From NCBI GenBank assembly GCA_051294375.1, contig CM119266.1:1369554-1433553 (forward strand): a stretch of DNA of 64,000 bases. Direction: 5' to 3'. Below, in pieces: positions 40,190 to 54,112 of the stretch (its first letter is position 1; every line of letters begins with the position of its first letter). This stretch comes from Paraspadella gotoi (taxonomy: Eukaryota; Animalia; Chaetognatha). The notes below the pieces were generated by a model, which worked only from the letters and a program-made list of their open reading frames with translations, made no database searches and was not told the origin of the DNA. A program made the position numbers and the translations under genes.

Positions 40190-40430
40190 CGGTGACGAGC
40201 GTGTAGTAACTCGGCAGATCGAGCGTCGGAAACGAGGGCCGGACGAAGGGCGCGACGACGCCGGAAGCGGCGATACGGCGAAATCCCGGCAGCGGCGCCA
40301 TCTTTGTGACGTAATCGTGACGCAGTCCGTCTAGGAGGAGGAGGAGGAGTTTTTGACGCCCGGCCGTGAGGGAGAAGGGGAGGAGGAAGAGGAGGAGGAC
40401 GAGGAAGAGGAGAGGGGTGGAGGGAGACAT
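40190..40430 (-). CDS. ENPP-family (ENPP6-like) ectonucleotide pyrophosphatase/phosphodiesterase, exon 1 with signal peptide
   Basis: MSPSTPLLFLVLLLFLLPFSLTAG (signal peptide) RQKLLLLLLDGLRHDY...LPGFRRIAASGV.A....PSFPTLDLPSYYTLVTG, collinear with the ENPP6 N-terminus. Phase-1 donor ACCG|GTAAAA at 40189. GC3-rich codons. Confidence 0.92.
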
Positions 40431-43089
40431 GACCGACGGGAGGAGGAGGAAGAAGAGGAAGAGAAATTGGAAGGAGACTCTTTGTTGTTTTTTTGTTGTT
40501 TTTTTAGCTAAAATTTAAGTTCCTTTTTGGTTGTTTCTGTTTTGAATGTGATATTCGTTTTTCTTCGTAGCGAGTTCCCGCTTCAAATGTTCTTTTTTTT
40601 TCTTTCAAGTGTTTACAGACGATGACGCAGCGAAACTGGCGACCAATTTTCGTCCACGTAATCAAATGAGCAACGGTTCTCGATATTTCTGGGAAATCGC
40701 TGACCGAGTGTCACGGATTCGAGAAAGATGGTTGACGGTTGAGTCTTGAACGTTGGCGTTGCGATGCGAATATTAACAATCCTCGCCAATGCAATGCATA
40801 AAGATGTATATGCCTCCAATAGTAGAATGTGCGATCAAATATAATGAACTTCCTATGAATAAAAAAAATACAAAATTAAAACCGGGAAATGAATCGTATG
40901 ATTTGGATTCGGATAGAATTTCGCGTGCAGAAATATTTGGACGAATTTCTAAAAAAAAAATATCACCAGCGCAAAAAAAATGGGAGGAAGGCGTTGGGGC
41001 CGTTTAGGGAAAATGGCAAAGCTTTTAATAATAAGCCATAAATAAATTAACTCCATTATGATATGAAAAATTGGTACAATACCAATATAAAAATTATCTC
41101 CATTCATTTTTATAAAATAGCTATTAAGCTATAAGCTCTAAGTATATGGGTGAAAGAATGACGTGTTCATAAAGTAGGCTCGAGCAGCTTATAATATATT
41201 TACTTTGAAGAGAAATAATAAAAAATGCTATTAACTTTTGTATTAATTTACATTTTTTCCATCAAGCCTGCCCCCCTCGGCTTTGTGGAGGGTGTCTGCC
41301 CCTCTACACGCCCCTGGGTGGAGAGAGAGAAATTATCAACGGAATCGATTTCTTCGCTGCGAATTTAAAAATACAGTCGATCCGTTTTGAAACGAACCAA
41401 GCGTAGAAAGGAGGAAATCGTTCGAAAACGGTGTTTAAACTGTAGTGGGAGGAGTTCCGTTGGCGAGATCAAAGTGTGGAAACTTGTTTTACTCTTTGCG
41501 AAAGAGAGAGATTTGGACGAATTCCATAAGAGTTTTTATTTTCACCCTGCTCCTCTCTCTCTCTCTCTCTTTCTCTTTCTTTCTTTTCTTTTTCTTCTCT
41601 TTCTTTCTTGCTTTTCTTCTTTCTTTCCTTTCCTTTCCTTCTTTTTTCTTTGTCTTCCTTTTTTTCTTTTTTTCCTTTTCTTTCTTTCTTTCTTTCCATG
41701 TTCATTTTAATTCTTTTTCCCTCTCCTTGATTTCCACGCTGTTTCCAACTCAGTTATTCGTTTTTCTCCCGACTTTACGTTCCTCTTTTCTTTGAGCTCA
41801 TTTTCTATTTCCCCCGTTTTTTTCCTACTTAATAAATCTTTTCCAACTTAAAATTCTTTTCATTTCTATTACATATTTTCTCTAGTTTTTTCTTCCAACT
41901 TTCCTCCCCATTTTTTTCTTATATCCACTTTCCTATTTCCCATTTATTTGCTCACCACTTCTCATTAGCCAATTCTCAGTCTTTCCTTCTTTTTTTCATC
42001 CTTTTTTCTCTCTCACTCCCTTTTTACTCTCCCCTTATCTCCTTCTCCTTTGGCTTTTTAACAAGTTTAATAAAATACGACGAGACTGAAGAGAGAAAAA
42101 AACCGTCCGGGCCGCGAATAGACAGACAGACCGACCGACGGACTGACAGACAGACCGACAGACAGACTGACAGACCCAACCCGACATGTCTCTTATCAAA
42201 ACCCGGGGCCGTTGGCGTTGATTCTTTTTCCAAAGTCAATGACGTATCACAGATCAGTTTTTTAAATTTTTTTGAAAAATTGCTCATGTTTAAAACGTAT
42301 AAATGTTGTATATAATTACATTTTCCTACAACTTTTTTGCACAGTTTCAAAATTATTTGTCGAATATTTACTCTTTAAAACTTTTTTTTTCCAAATCATT
42401 TTTTTCCTCGCGAAAATCCATCTCGAGAATTCTCTCTCTCCAAAAATATTTTCGTCCCACCCTGACCTTCTGACCCTCTGACCCCGCGACCCACTGACCC
42501 ACTACTCAGGAAACGAGTCGCTTTCTGACCCCAAACGAATGGACTTTCTTCTCTCCCCGAAATCCCTTTTTTTTTTTGGGCAGGTGACGTTTTTATTTTA
42601 GGAAAATCGAGGTCGGTCGAATCACATCGGTTTTAAGTTGAACGTGAAAAAAAGTGTTCGTTTGATTAAAAGAATTAATGTTAGTTAAAGTTAAACCAAT
42701 GATTTAAAAGAAGACATTGAACGAAGATTAAATGAGATTAAAAGAAGGTTGTTGTCGTTGTTGTTGTCGTCGTTGTTGTTGACGTCGTCGTTCTCCTCGA
42801 TTTTCTCTTTATCACTATTGTCGTCCTCGTCGAGGTCATTTGTCGTCGTTATTGTCATCCATGTCGTTGTTGTCCTCGTCTTTGTCCTCGTCTTTGTCGT
42901 TGTCATCAACGTTGTTGTGGTGGACGGTCTTCTCATCGATATTGCTGTCGTGGTCGTCGCCGTCGTGGTCGTTTGAGTCGTTGTCGTCGTCGTTGTCATC
43001 GTCGTCATCATTTTATGCTCGAAATCACGTGACGGATCTGATTCGACGTCGACCAAAATAGAAACGCGAAAGCCAAGGATGGGAAAAAA

Positions 43090-43210
<121 letters not shown>

Positions 43211-44561
43211 CTGAAAAAATATGTGATGTAAATGAGATTCAAGAATTTTCGTCTCCTCGNNNNNNNNNNNNNNNNNNNNNNNNNNNNNNNNNNNNNNNNN
43301 NNNNNNNNNNNNNNNNNNNNNNNNNNNNNNNNNNNNNNNNNNNNNNNNNNNNNNNNNNNNNNNNNNNNNNNNNNNNNNNNNNNNNNNNNNNNNNNNNNNN
43401 NNNNNNNNNNNNNNNNNNNNNNNNNNNNNNNNNNNNNNNNNNNNNNNNNNNNNNNNNNNNNNNNNNNNNNNNNNNNNNNNNNNNNNNNNNNNNNNNNNNN
43501 NNNNNNNNNNNNNNNNNNNNNNNNNNNNNNNNNNNNNNNNNNNNNNNNNNNNNNNNNNNNNNNNNNNNNNNNNNNNNNNNNNNNNNNNNNNNNNNNNNNN
43601 NNNNNNNNNNNNNNNNNNNNNNNNNNNNNNNNNNNNNNNNNNNNNNNNNNNNNNNNNNNNNNNNNNNNNNNNNNNNNNNNNNNNNNNNNNNNNNNNNNNN
43701 NNNNNNNNNNNNNNNNNNNNNNNNNNNNNNNNNNNNNNNNNNNNNNNNNNNNNNNNNNNNNNNNNNNNNNNNNNNNNNNNNNNNNNNNNNNNNNNNNNNN
43801 NNNNNNNNNNNNNNNNNNNNNNNNNNNNNNNNNNNNNNNNNNNNNNNNNNNNNNNNNNNNNNNNNNNNNNNNNNNNNNNNNNNNNNNNNNNNNNNNNNNN
43901 NNNNNNNNNNNNNNNNNNNNNNNNNNNNNNNNNNNNNNNNNNNNNNNNNNNNNNNNNNNNNNNNNNNNNNNNNNNNNNNNNNNNNNNNNNNNNNNTCGTA
44001 ACTCGATTCTCTCGTGAGTGGCTGGCGCGAGGAGACGCCACAACGCATCGTGGGTGAAAAACGCTTAAAGATGCAAAAATGAGTGACGCGTGAAATTTGT
44101 GTTGGTTGAGGCTGAGGAATCCGTTGCTTGCTTGGGTGAGAGGCAAATGATTGCTTTGTGATATTTTAAAATTTTAGTCGGAGAAAGTGTCTGTGATATC
44201 AACTCGTTTTTGGTTGTCATCCTCTCTATCCCCGTTGTTTCTGAAGTCTTAATTATTGTTGTCGTTGTCGTTGTTGTTGTCGATCATTGTTTTTATCGTC
44301 ACCTTCGTTTTTTTTTCTTCATTTTCGACGGTAACATTGTTGCAGAAAATGTTTGACTATTTTCTTTGCCTCACGGAGTCGCACGTTCAAGACGTCGCCA
44401 ATTTAAAGAGTACGTCGAGAGTTTTTGGATTTAATCTAATCTAATAATTCTTTATTTATATCATGTTAGAAACTTTACTTTTAACGGGCAGACGCTTAGT
44501 TAATTCGATCAAGCGATTGAATAACAAATTCATGATGAAGTTAATACAGTTAATATTAATA

Positions 44562-44651
<90 letters not shown>

Positions 44652-44660
44652 CGTTAGTTA
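44562..44660. repeat. (TTAG)n microsatellite
   Basis: Directly visible, flanked on both sides by GTTAATATTAA. Confidence 0.95.
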
Positions 44661-45784
44661 ATATTAACCATCAAAGTCAACTCTGGTCATTCGAAGTTGA
44701 CCGACTGAAAAAGTTATTGGCGAGAGATATTATTTTTCCTCAATCGTTATATGAGTCGTTGTCGCCAGCGTCAGCATCGTCGTCGTCGTCGTCGTCGTCA
44801 TCATGATTCCCAGGAGACGAAGTTCGAACTACGAGCGTCGACGAGATTTTCTCATTTGCATATTTTGAATTTTTCGAGTTTATTTTTTTTAATCAACATT
44901 GATGAAGGAAGCGAGAGAGAGACGGANNNNNNNNNNNNNNNNNNNNNNNNNNNNNNNNNNNNNNNNNNNNNNNNNNNNNNNNNNNNNNNNNNNNNNNNNN
45001 NNNNNNNNNNNNNNNNNNNNNNNNNNNNNNNNNNNNNNNNNNNNNNNNNNNNNNNNNNNNNNNNNNNNNNNNNNNNAGAGGGGATTGAGTTTTTCAAGCT
45101 GTAATTCCAATTAAGGAGTGAACGATATAGAAGGAAAAAGCCTCGTGTTTCTTTCCATCCGGACAACAACATTTTTCGTGAACTGTGTGTGTGAAAATCC
45201 CTTTAATGTGTGTGCTGAGTGTGAAAGCGGATATATGGGGATTTTCACAGTTTTGATGGAAGAAAACAAAAGTGAAAANNNNNNNNNNNNNNNNNNNNNN
45301 NNNGACAGAGCCGACCAAAAAGTGACTTATAGGATTAAATTTCTTCAGCAGTCCCTTTAAAACAGAAAACTATTGTTTTTGTTGTTTTGTTTGCTAAATC
45401 AGGAAAGAGAAAAATCCATGGGGCCGAAAACCGAAAAGCAACGATTCGGAGCACGGAGAAGTAAAGAGAAAGGAAGGAAAGGAAGGAAAGGGAAAGGAAA
45501 GGAAAGGAAAAGGATAAGGAAAGGAAAGGAAAAGGAAAGGAAAGGAAAGTGAAAGGAAAGGAAGGGGAAAAAAAGTAAGGTTGGGATACGGTGGAGTGGA
45601 TTGTGCCAGTGATTCACATAAAACGTACGTGTTAAGATCTTAGATGCTGTCAAAATAATCGTTTCCAAGTTGTGGACATAATATTGAGTTGTCTTTTTTT
45701 TTGTTGAAAAGTTTACAAATATTTAAAAATTTTATCTCCTAGAGAGTTTTTTTTTTTTTTTGCATATTTTCAATATTTGGAGCA

Positions 45785-46067
45785 GTCGGTCGGTATGTCT
45801 GTCTGTCGGTCTGTCTCACTTATGTTAAAAATGCCTATAATTTGCCTATACTCTTTGCTATCATTTTTGCAATACTTTTTTCAATAGTTGGTTAGTCATT
45901 TGTTAATACAGAAAAAAACTCGAATCTAAGGGGCTATTAGCGCAACCTTCAGGGATTCCTAAAACTATAAAGAATAAAAGACAGAATTTTGATTCAGTGC
46001 ATATCATAAATACACGTGAAAATAAAATCACTGCGGCGCAACACATTGGAATTACCATTCTTGTTTT
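45785..46067 (+). mobile_element. HINE copy
   Basis: GTCGGTCGGTATGTCTGTCTGTCGGTCTGTC start, shared body, and 3' end CACTGCGGCGCAACACATTGGAATTACCATTCTTGTTTT. Confidence 0.7.
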
Positions 46068-47265
46068 GTTTTTTTTTCTCTTTTTATTTTTTTAACTAAT
46101 CGACCAAAACAGTGAAAATCGTCGGTGAATTCCTGCGGCCGAAAAATTCACGGATTTGAGAGAGAAAAAAGGAAATGGGTTTTAAAGAGGAAGGAGAGAG
46201 AGGGTGAAGAGTTGTTGTCTTTGTTGTTGTTGTCTTTGTTGTTGTCGTTTTTGGACACAAAGCGTTTAAAAGTTTTAAAGGTTTCAATTTGCAAGTTTTA
46301 TGTTGATGTTAATTTTTAAAATTCTCATTCGGAATCCGAGAAATGAGAGCGAAAGAGGAAATTTGTCGTTGTTGTAATTCGGATCGTCGTCGTCGTCGTC
46401 GTCGTCGTCGTTTGCGTCAAATATTTTCATTTTTTCGTCATCGGTATCATCTTTGTCATCGTTTTCGTTGTCATTTTCATATTTTTCATCACGTTCAATA
46501 TTGTTTTAGTTGCCATCGTCATTTTGTCTATTCACCTTCCTTATAGTTCGTCAATATTTGGTTGACGCCATTGTGATCGTCGTCTTCGTCATCGTCTTCA
46601 TCTTTGTCATCATTTCCTGGACGTCATTACGGTTGTCCTTGTCGTCGTCATTTTTGTCATTATTTGGTTGACGTCATTGATGTGATCGTCGTCGTCCTTT
46701 TCCCGCCACGCCACCTGCTGGAGCGGCGGGGCTGAAATTGGCTCCGGGGGACAACGAAGCTGCGAAAAGGGAGGAGGAGGAGGAGGAGGAGGAGGAGGAG
46801 GAGGAGGAGGAGGTTCAGGGGTAGGTGGTTGCAGGGTGGCTGACTTAGTAGTGAATATATAACTAACAAGAACGGTAATTCCAATCCTTAGTTGCCCCGA
46901 GTCTGTTAGACACGCACTGCCTCGGAATACGTCAAAAGGAAGCTGAGTCACTGAGATTCGAATCAGCAAGAATAACAAAAGAGCAATCAAATTTAAGCCG
47001 CATTAAATTTTGGGTCACGCTTTTAAAGGTGACCAAGTCACTTCCCAAGTATGATATCCATGCAAGTTGAAGAAAAAAATTTTATGCATATATGAATATT
47101 CTCTCGGTAAAGAATTTATATTTAGCAAAATTCGGAGGCAAAAAAATTCTCATAATTTTTTTTATATTTAAATTTTCTTGTGAGAAACTTAAATCTTTAT
47201 TGACGACGACGACGACAAACATTAACGACAATAACACCGACGATGTGATGGTGAGCGACGATGAA

Positions 47266-47297
<32 letters not shown>

Positions 47298-47529
47298 ATC
47301 CCGCGACGATAAACACATTCCGCGTCTTTTACGATGAATTTGAAGTCGATTCTGATGTTTGTCTCTTTGTTTGGCGCAAGACGACGATGACGACGACGAC
47401 GAAGACGACGACAACGACGACGACGACATTAACCTCAGCGATGACGATTACGCCTCTGGCGTTGATGACGATGATGATGACGACTAAGACGAACACGACG
47501 AGCGACTCCGTCTACATTCATGACAAATA

Positions 47530-48340
47530 AATGACAACTTTAATAACAGTTGACAATGCGTCAGAGTAACAAAAAGATTAAAGACAAACTGTCCATGAAC
47601 GTAACCATTAATCTATGCAGTTGTCATGATATAAAATATTATGATGATAAAAGGAACGTTTTAAACGAGGAGCCACCGTCGGCGACTCACCCCGATACAT
47701 CTTGACAAAACAGAGATCGACAAAACGTAGGAGGAACGAGGCGGCACGATTACCAAAAACAACTTTAATAACAGTTTGACAATTGGTCAGTAACAAAAAT
47801 TAAAGAGGAAACGATGAACGTAACCACGTTTAATCTTATCAGTTTGTCATGATTAAAAATTATTGATTGATAAAAAGATACGTTTAAAACGAGGACCGTG
47901 GCGACGATGACAACAAGGGATGACAACGAGAACGAGGCGACGATTGACAAAAACAAACTTTAATAACAGATTGACAATGGTCAGTAACAAAAATTAAAGA
48001 GAAACGATGAACGTAACCAGTTAATCTTATCAGTTGTCATGATTAAAAATATATGATTGAAAGATGAGATACGTTAAAACGAGGACCTGGCGACATGACA
48101 AAACAAGGATGACAAAAACGCCAAGGAACGAGTGGTCCGACGATGACAACAACTATTTCACTGAACAATGGTCAGTAACCAAAAATTAAAGAAAACGATG
48201 AACGTAACCCAGTTAATCTATCAGTTGGTCATGCATTCAAAAATTATGATGAAAAGATTCGTTAATACCGACGGACCGTGGCGACGATGACAAAAACAAG
48301 GATGACAAAAACGAGAACGAGGCGACGATTGACAAAAACA
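47530..48340 (+). repeat. ~195-bp tandem repeat, 4 copies
   Basis: Units begin AACTTTAATAACAG..TGACAAT at ~47536, 47761, 47957 and 48151 and share ATGAACGTAACCA and AAAACGAGGACCGTGGCGAC. Confidence 0.85.
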
Positions 48341-48564
48341 CCGAGGATGTTTGGCTCGTTACCTTCGGAATCCCGATCTATAGAGAGAAAAGCCACTGTC
48401 TCTCTCTCCATCCGTCCCAGCTCGCTCTCCCTATGCTAAATGGTATACACTATACTGTAAGTTAAAATGGATATATAAGAAACCAAGTCTTAGTCTAGAA
48501 CGATAATCCAATAAGCTGTTGCCACCAACCAATGTCTTTTAATCTCATAATCAGGTTTCACCCT

Positions 48565-48840
48565 ATCCATTGCCATCCAATCAGTACTCGTCCTTATCCA
48601 TTGCCGTCCAATGCCATCCAGTGCCATATAAATTGCCATATAAATTACAATTTGCCCTCGCCTCCCTCAATTGCCATATAACCAGCCATGGCCCCCGTTC
48701 AGTGTCATATATTCAGCGCTCCTCATCTCCCATTGCAATCCAATCAACACTAGCCACCATCCATTACCATCCAATGCCATCCAATGCCATCCAGTGCCAT
48801 ATAATCAGCCCTCGCCCCCGAGTTCCCTCATCCAATCAGC
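48565..48840 (+). repeat. Degenerate CCATCCAATG/CCATATAATCAGCCCTCG repeat
   Basis: ATGCCATCCAGTGCCATATA occurs at 48611 and 48784, with related 10-mers around them. Confidence 0.6.
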
Positions 48841-49061
48841 TTTTTCCCCATGCGTAGCAACAAAAACGCTTCCCTCTCGTACATTTACATAATCGTTCAC
48901 AACTTTTTTCTCGCCTTAATGTAGCTAAAGAGGAATCTCTCCGGCGTGAATAGCCTTTGGCAAAGAAAGAATAAAAAAAGGGAAGGGGGGAGCTCGAGGG
49001 GGGAAAGGGTAGGAGGAAGATCGAGGGAGGACGGGAAGATAAAGGGAGAAAGAAAATAGGG

Positions 49062-49354
49062 GGGAAGAAAAGTGGAGGAAAGTTGAAAAGAAAAATGGAA
49101 GTTGAAAGGAAAATGGTGGAAAAAGGGAGGAAGAAAAGTGGAGGAAAGGAGAAAAGAAAAATGGAAGTTGAAAGGAAAATGGCGGAAAAAGGGAGGAAGA
49201 AAAGTGGAGGAAAGGGGAAATGAAAAATGGAAGTTGAAAGGAAAATGGCGGAAAAAGGGAGGAAGAAAAGTGGGACAGACCGACGGACAGACATACCGAC
49301 CGTCCGACAGACCGACCGAAAAGTGACTTATAGAGTTGATAAAAATACTAAAAA
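49062..49354 (-). mobile_element. HINE 5' portion followed by 3 copies of a 66-bp internal tandem repeat
   Basis: The minus strand reads TTTTTAGT..ACTCTATAAGTCACTTTTCGGTCGG(GTCY)n GTCCCACTT, then a 66-bp unit (GGAAGAAAAGTGG at 49063, 49130, 49196, 49261 on the plus strand). Confidence 0.65.
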
Positions 49355-50719
49355 TAGAAGAAAAGAAAGAAAAAATGGAGGAAAATCTTGGGGTGAAAAA
49401 CGAAGAAAGAAAAAGGATAAAACAAATAAAAGATAATAGAAGAATATCAGATGATAAATCGTGATAAATTTTCTGATTCATAATAGACAATGGGCCAACT
49501 TCTCAAACTCTCAAAACTTTCACCTTCTCCTTATGATTCTATATCCGCTTCCAGCATTTTACATCGCTTCGACCTTTCGCTTCGGGATTTGACTTTCCCT
49601 TTTCGCTTCTTTAAGAGAGGATTTGGTTAAAGTGAAATCTGAAGTCCGGCAGAAGATAAAGTTAGTGTGTAAAAAGCAGACAACGAAAACTAAATAGTAC
49701 CAAGTACATAAGAAACGTTCAAAGCAAGTTAAAAAAAGTAAAAACCAAAAAAGCAGATTGAACCAAAATTCTGACATAGTTGTTTGGCTCAAACGAAAAC
49801 AATTTTTTCTAAATATAGTAGCATATGACTACTAGAAAGATAAATTTGAAGAAACGTGCGTGCGAGTAAACACGGCGTTGCGCACGCAAAAAAAAAAANN
49901 NNNNNNNNNNNNNNNNNNNNNNNNNNNNNNNNNNNNNNNNNNNNNNNNNNNNNNNNNNNNNNNNNNNNNNNNNNNNNNNNNNNNNNNNNNNNNNNNNNNN
50001 NNNNNNNNNNNNNNNNNNNNNNNNNNNNNNNNNNNNNNNNNNNNNNNNNNNNNNNNNNNNNNNNNNNNNNNNNNNNNNNNNNNNNNNNNNNNNNNNNNNN
50101 NNNNNNNNNNNNNNNNNNNNNNNNNNNAGACAATACAAATGCGAGATGCGAGATTCATTGTTAAAAAAAATTTGATACAAAGAGGAAGATAAAAACAAAA
50201 AGAGAAAAGCTTATTATTGCTAATAATAGTAATGAAAATGAATTTGAAGAAGTGAAATTTTAAATTTGAAAAATTGAGTTAGGGATAGCTAAGTGAAAGA
50301 GAGAATAGTGAAATTAAGTAAAAGATAGAGCTCAAAATGAGCTCCCCTCCCGGGTCGTAACACGATTCGTTATACTATTATTCGATTCTCAATATTTCGA
50401 TTATTTAAACAATAAAATAACATAGGCCCTTAAAATAACAAGCAACGAAACAAGGAGAGTTCTCTCTCAACAGCCAATTAGAGATCCTACGAGTGGCGAA
50501 ATCCCATCGACCGTCATTTCACGAAGAGAGACACAGTTGACGCAACCTCGATTGAAAAAGCTCTTCCCCTCTTCTCCTCTTCCTCGCGCTTCGAATGTCT
50601 ATTTCACCTGAGGCAATCAAAAGATTTTAATTAAAAGTGTCTTCGCGAGAAAATTATGGTTCCCTTTTTGACTTTTCTCGCTTCCTTAGTCGTTGTTAGA
50701 AGAGAGTCTTGGTAGGGTT

Positions 50720-50720
<1 letters not shown>

Positions 50721-50788
<68 letters not shown>
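50721..50788. repeat. (TATC)n microsatellite
   Basis: Directly visible. Confidence 0.95.
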
Positions 50789-50789
<1 letters not shown>

Positions 50790-50892
50790 GTCTTTGTGTC
50801 TGTCTCTATATCTATCTGTAGATGGAGATAGAATTTTGTGAGATGTGAAAGAGAAGGAAAGATGTATATAGACAGGGCGTAGCAAATAAAGA

Positions 50893-50923
<31 letters not shown>

Positions 50924-52267
50924 NNNNNNNNNNNNNNNNNNNNNNNNNNNNNNNNNNNNNNNNNNNNNNNNNNNNNNNNNNNNNNNNNNNNNNNNNNNNN
51001 NNNNNNNNNNNNNNNNNNNNNNNNNNNNNNNNNNNNNNNNNNNNNNNNNNNNNNNNNNNNNNNNNNNNNNNNNNNNNNNNNNNNNNNNNNNNNNNNNNNN
51101 NNNNNNNNNNNNNNNNNNNNNNNNNNNNNNNNNNNNNNNNNNNNNNNNNNNTAAACCTTAAAAACAAAAACATTAACTATAAACATATTTATTTGTTTTT
51201 GTGTAGTTTTTTTTTCAATAGTTTCTATTTTTATTTCGGCTCGTGATTGTTGTTGTTATCCGATTGGTCGAAATTCAACGAGAGCTGGTGGGTTTTGGTC
51301 TTTTGGATTTACTAAGGTCAATGTCTGATCCGTGATCCGTGATCCGTGAATGCACGTGATTGTGCCCACCGGTAAAAATCTCGATTGTACATTCAGACTC
51401 GCACGCGATGGACCGCAGGCTAGGATTGAGTGCAATCACGCGCACGAGCNNNNNNNNNNGAGAAAATCTTGAAACTTAATGATCACACGAAGCCGACGAC
51501 AACGACGTTGACGACGACGACGACAACGACGCACTAATTTTCACTTTTTTTTATTTTATCACCTAACTTACCCGCTCGTTTCCTACCCAACCGTCCCAAC
51601 TCAACGAAACACTTACCATCACTTTTAATTAAGTTCTTTAATATTCCCGCTTTTTTCTGCTCGTTTCTTAATTCAACTGTTTTTTTTTCATATCCATTTT
51701 TTTTTAATATTAATTAAGACTTTTATTTTCTCTATTTCATATAATTTCCTAAATTTGTTCTTGCTCCATGTAGTATTTTCTTTTTTCTTCACAGAGTCCG
51801 CTAACAACCTCTCTTTTTCCCTTTCCTTCTCTCTCCCCTCTCTATCTTCGATCTACTTCACTTTCTCTTTTCCCTTACCGCTTTCCCAAATCCGCCCCGC
51901 AAATAAATTCCCAACCCTGACCCTTATTTCCTCCTCCCCACTTTACCCACTTCCTNNNNNNNNNNNNNNNNNNNNNNNNNNNNNNNNNNNNNNNNNNNNN
52001 NNNNNNNNNNNNNNNNNNNNNNNNNNNNNNNNNNNNNNNNNNNNNNNNNNNNNNNNNNNNNNNNNNNNNNNNNNNNNNNNNNNNNNNNNNNNNNNNNNNN
52101 NNNNNNNNNNNNNNNNNNNNNNTTTTTTTTCTCTATATCAAGGATGAGGGAAGATGAGAAGGAAATATACAGTTGGGTCTTCTCTCGAATCCAACACTTT
52201 TTTTCTTCTTCTTCTCCGGGTTCACCCAAAAATCGGGCGAGAAGGACGACCGTTCGACTCTCTCTTT

Positions 52268-52597
52268 TTGGCTCTGTTTTCCGAAAATGACACATTTCGG
52301 AATTAAAAAAAAAATTAATTTTTAAAGATTATGGGTCAGGTGAAGGATTGAGGCTAAGAATTAGATGCGGTTTTTTGGTAAATATTTGGATAAGGAAAAG
52401 GGTTCGGAATATATATTTTTAGGTTATTTATATTAAGGATTAAGGATTTGGTTAGGGTAAAGAATTAAAATTGGAAATAGGGTTAAAAATTAGGTTATAT
52501 GTTTGGTTACTTTGGTAACCGATTGACATTAAATATTAATATTGAATTTAAGAAATTAAGGAACTGAAATGGGAGGCTTTCGAAAAATAGCGCCCAA
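52268..52597 (+). mobile_element. Complete ~330-bp MITE with imperfect TIRs and TTAGGG-like interior
   Basis: Left TTGGCTCTGTTTTCCGAAAA, right TTTCGAAAAATAGCGCCCAA (reverse complement TTGGGCGCTATTTTTCGAAA). Interior GGTTAGGGTAAA and ATAGGGTTA. Confidence 0.6.
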
Positions 52598-52936
52598 TTT
52601 TTTTTTTTTTTTTATTATTATTCTCTTCTTCCTCTTTCCTTATTTCCATTCCATTCAATCTTCTCAACTTTTCTATCTTTTTAGTTAAACTTTCAGCTGC
52701 TTTTCTTCTCTCGATTTTCTTTTTCGGTTCTATCTTTACTTGTCTTTCTTAAATACATATATATATATATACTTTTTTACTTTTATCAACTTTTTTTCTT
52801 TTCTTTTTAAATTCTTCTCTCTTCTGGATGAGTCCTACCTTTTCTTTTATATTGACTTCTTTCCCCTTTCCTTTTCCTTTCCTCAATTTCTCTCCTCTCT
52901 CCTCTCTTTCCTCTCTCTCTCTCTCTCTTCTCTCTT

Positions 52937-52987
<51 letters not shown>

Positions 52988-53154
52988 TTCCTCGCCTGTT
53001 TGCATAACGACCGCCGGAAAGAGAGACTGAGCTTAGTGTCTTGATCATCTCTTTTCTTTTCCTTCCTTTTCTTTTCTTTCCTCCGATTCTTATTTCTTCT
53101 ACTTTCTTTTTATTTCCTTCCCCTCCTCGTTTTTATTCACCTCTTTACGGTTTG

Positions 53155-53229
<75 letters not shown>

Positions 53230-53718
53230 TCTGACAGTTATTTCGCGCATGTCAGTTCTGTCTTTTTGATTTTCCATTTTTTTCTTTGTCTTCACTTCAT
53301 TTGTTCAGTTTATTCTGTTTTTTTTAATTCCCAACTGTCCTTCNNNNNNNNNNNNNNNNNNNNNNNNNNNNNNNNNNNNNNNNNNNNNNNNNNNNNNNNN
53401 NNNNNNNNNNNNNNNNNNNNNNNNNNNNNNNNNNNNNNNNNNNNNNNNNNNNNNNNNNNNNNNNNNNNNNNNNNNNNNNNNNNNNNNNNNNNNNNNNNNN
53501 NNNNNNNNNNNNNNNNNNNNNNNNNNNNNNNNNNNNNNNNNNNNNNNAAAGAAGAGAGATTTTCTTTCTTTTCTCCGAACATTTTCGTTTAAATCATGAA
53601 GTCCCGTCCAATAATCGACACTCTTTCTCTCTCGTCGAAGACAAAAGAACATCAGAGCGACGACAGTGACATCTCTCACTTTTATGATACGAGAAAAGAA
53701 TAAAAAGGGGGGGGCAGG

Positions 53719-53857
<139 letters not shown>

Positions 53858-54055
53858 AAGAGAGAGAGAGAGAGAGAGCGAGATACAGAAAGACACAACG
53901 AGACAGAGACAGAGTGGGAGATTACAAAACGAGAACGAGTCGTTCCACAACAAGAAACAGAAGAACAATCTTCTTTTTCTCAGAAGTCGTTTCGGGTTGA
54001 GGGCGGGACGAGGCCTTCGTCGGGCCACTTGCCGATAGGGGAAAAAAGGGTGATG

Positions 54056-54112
<57 letters not shown>

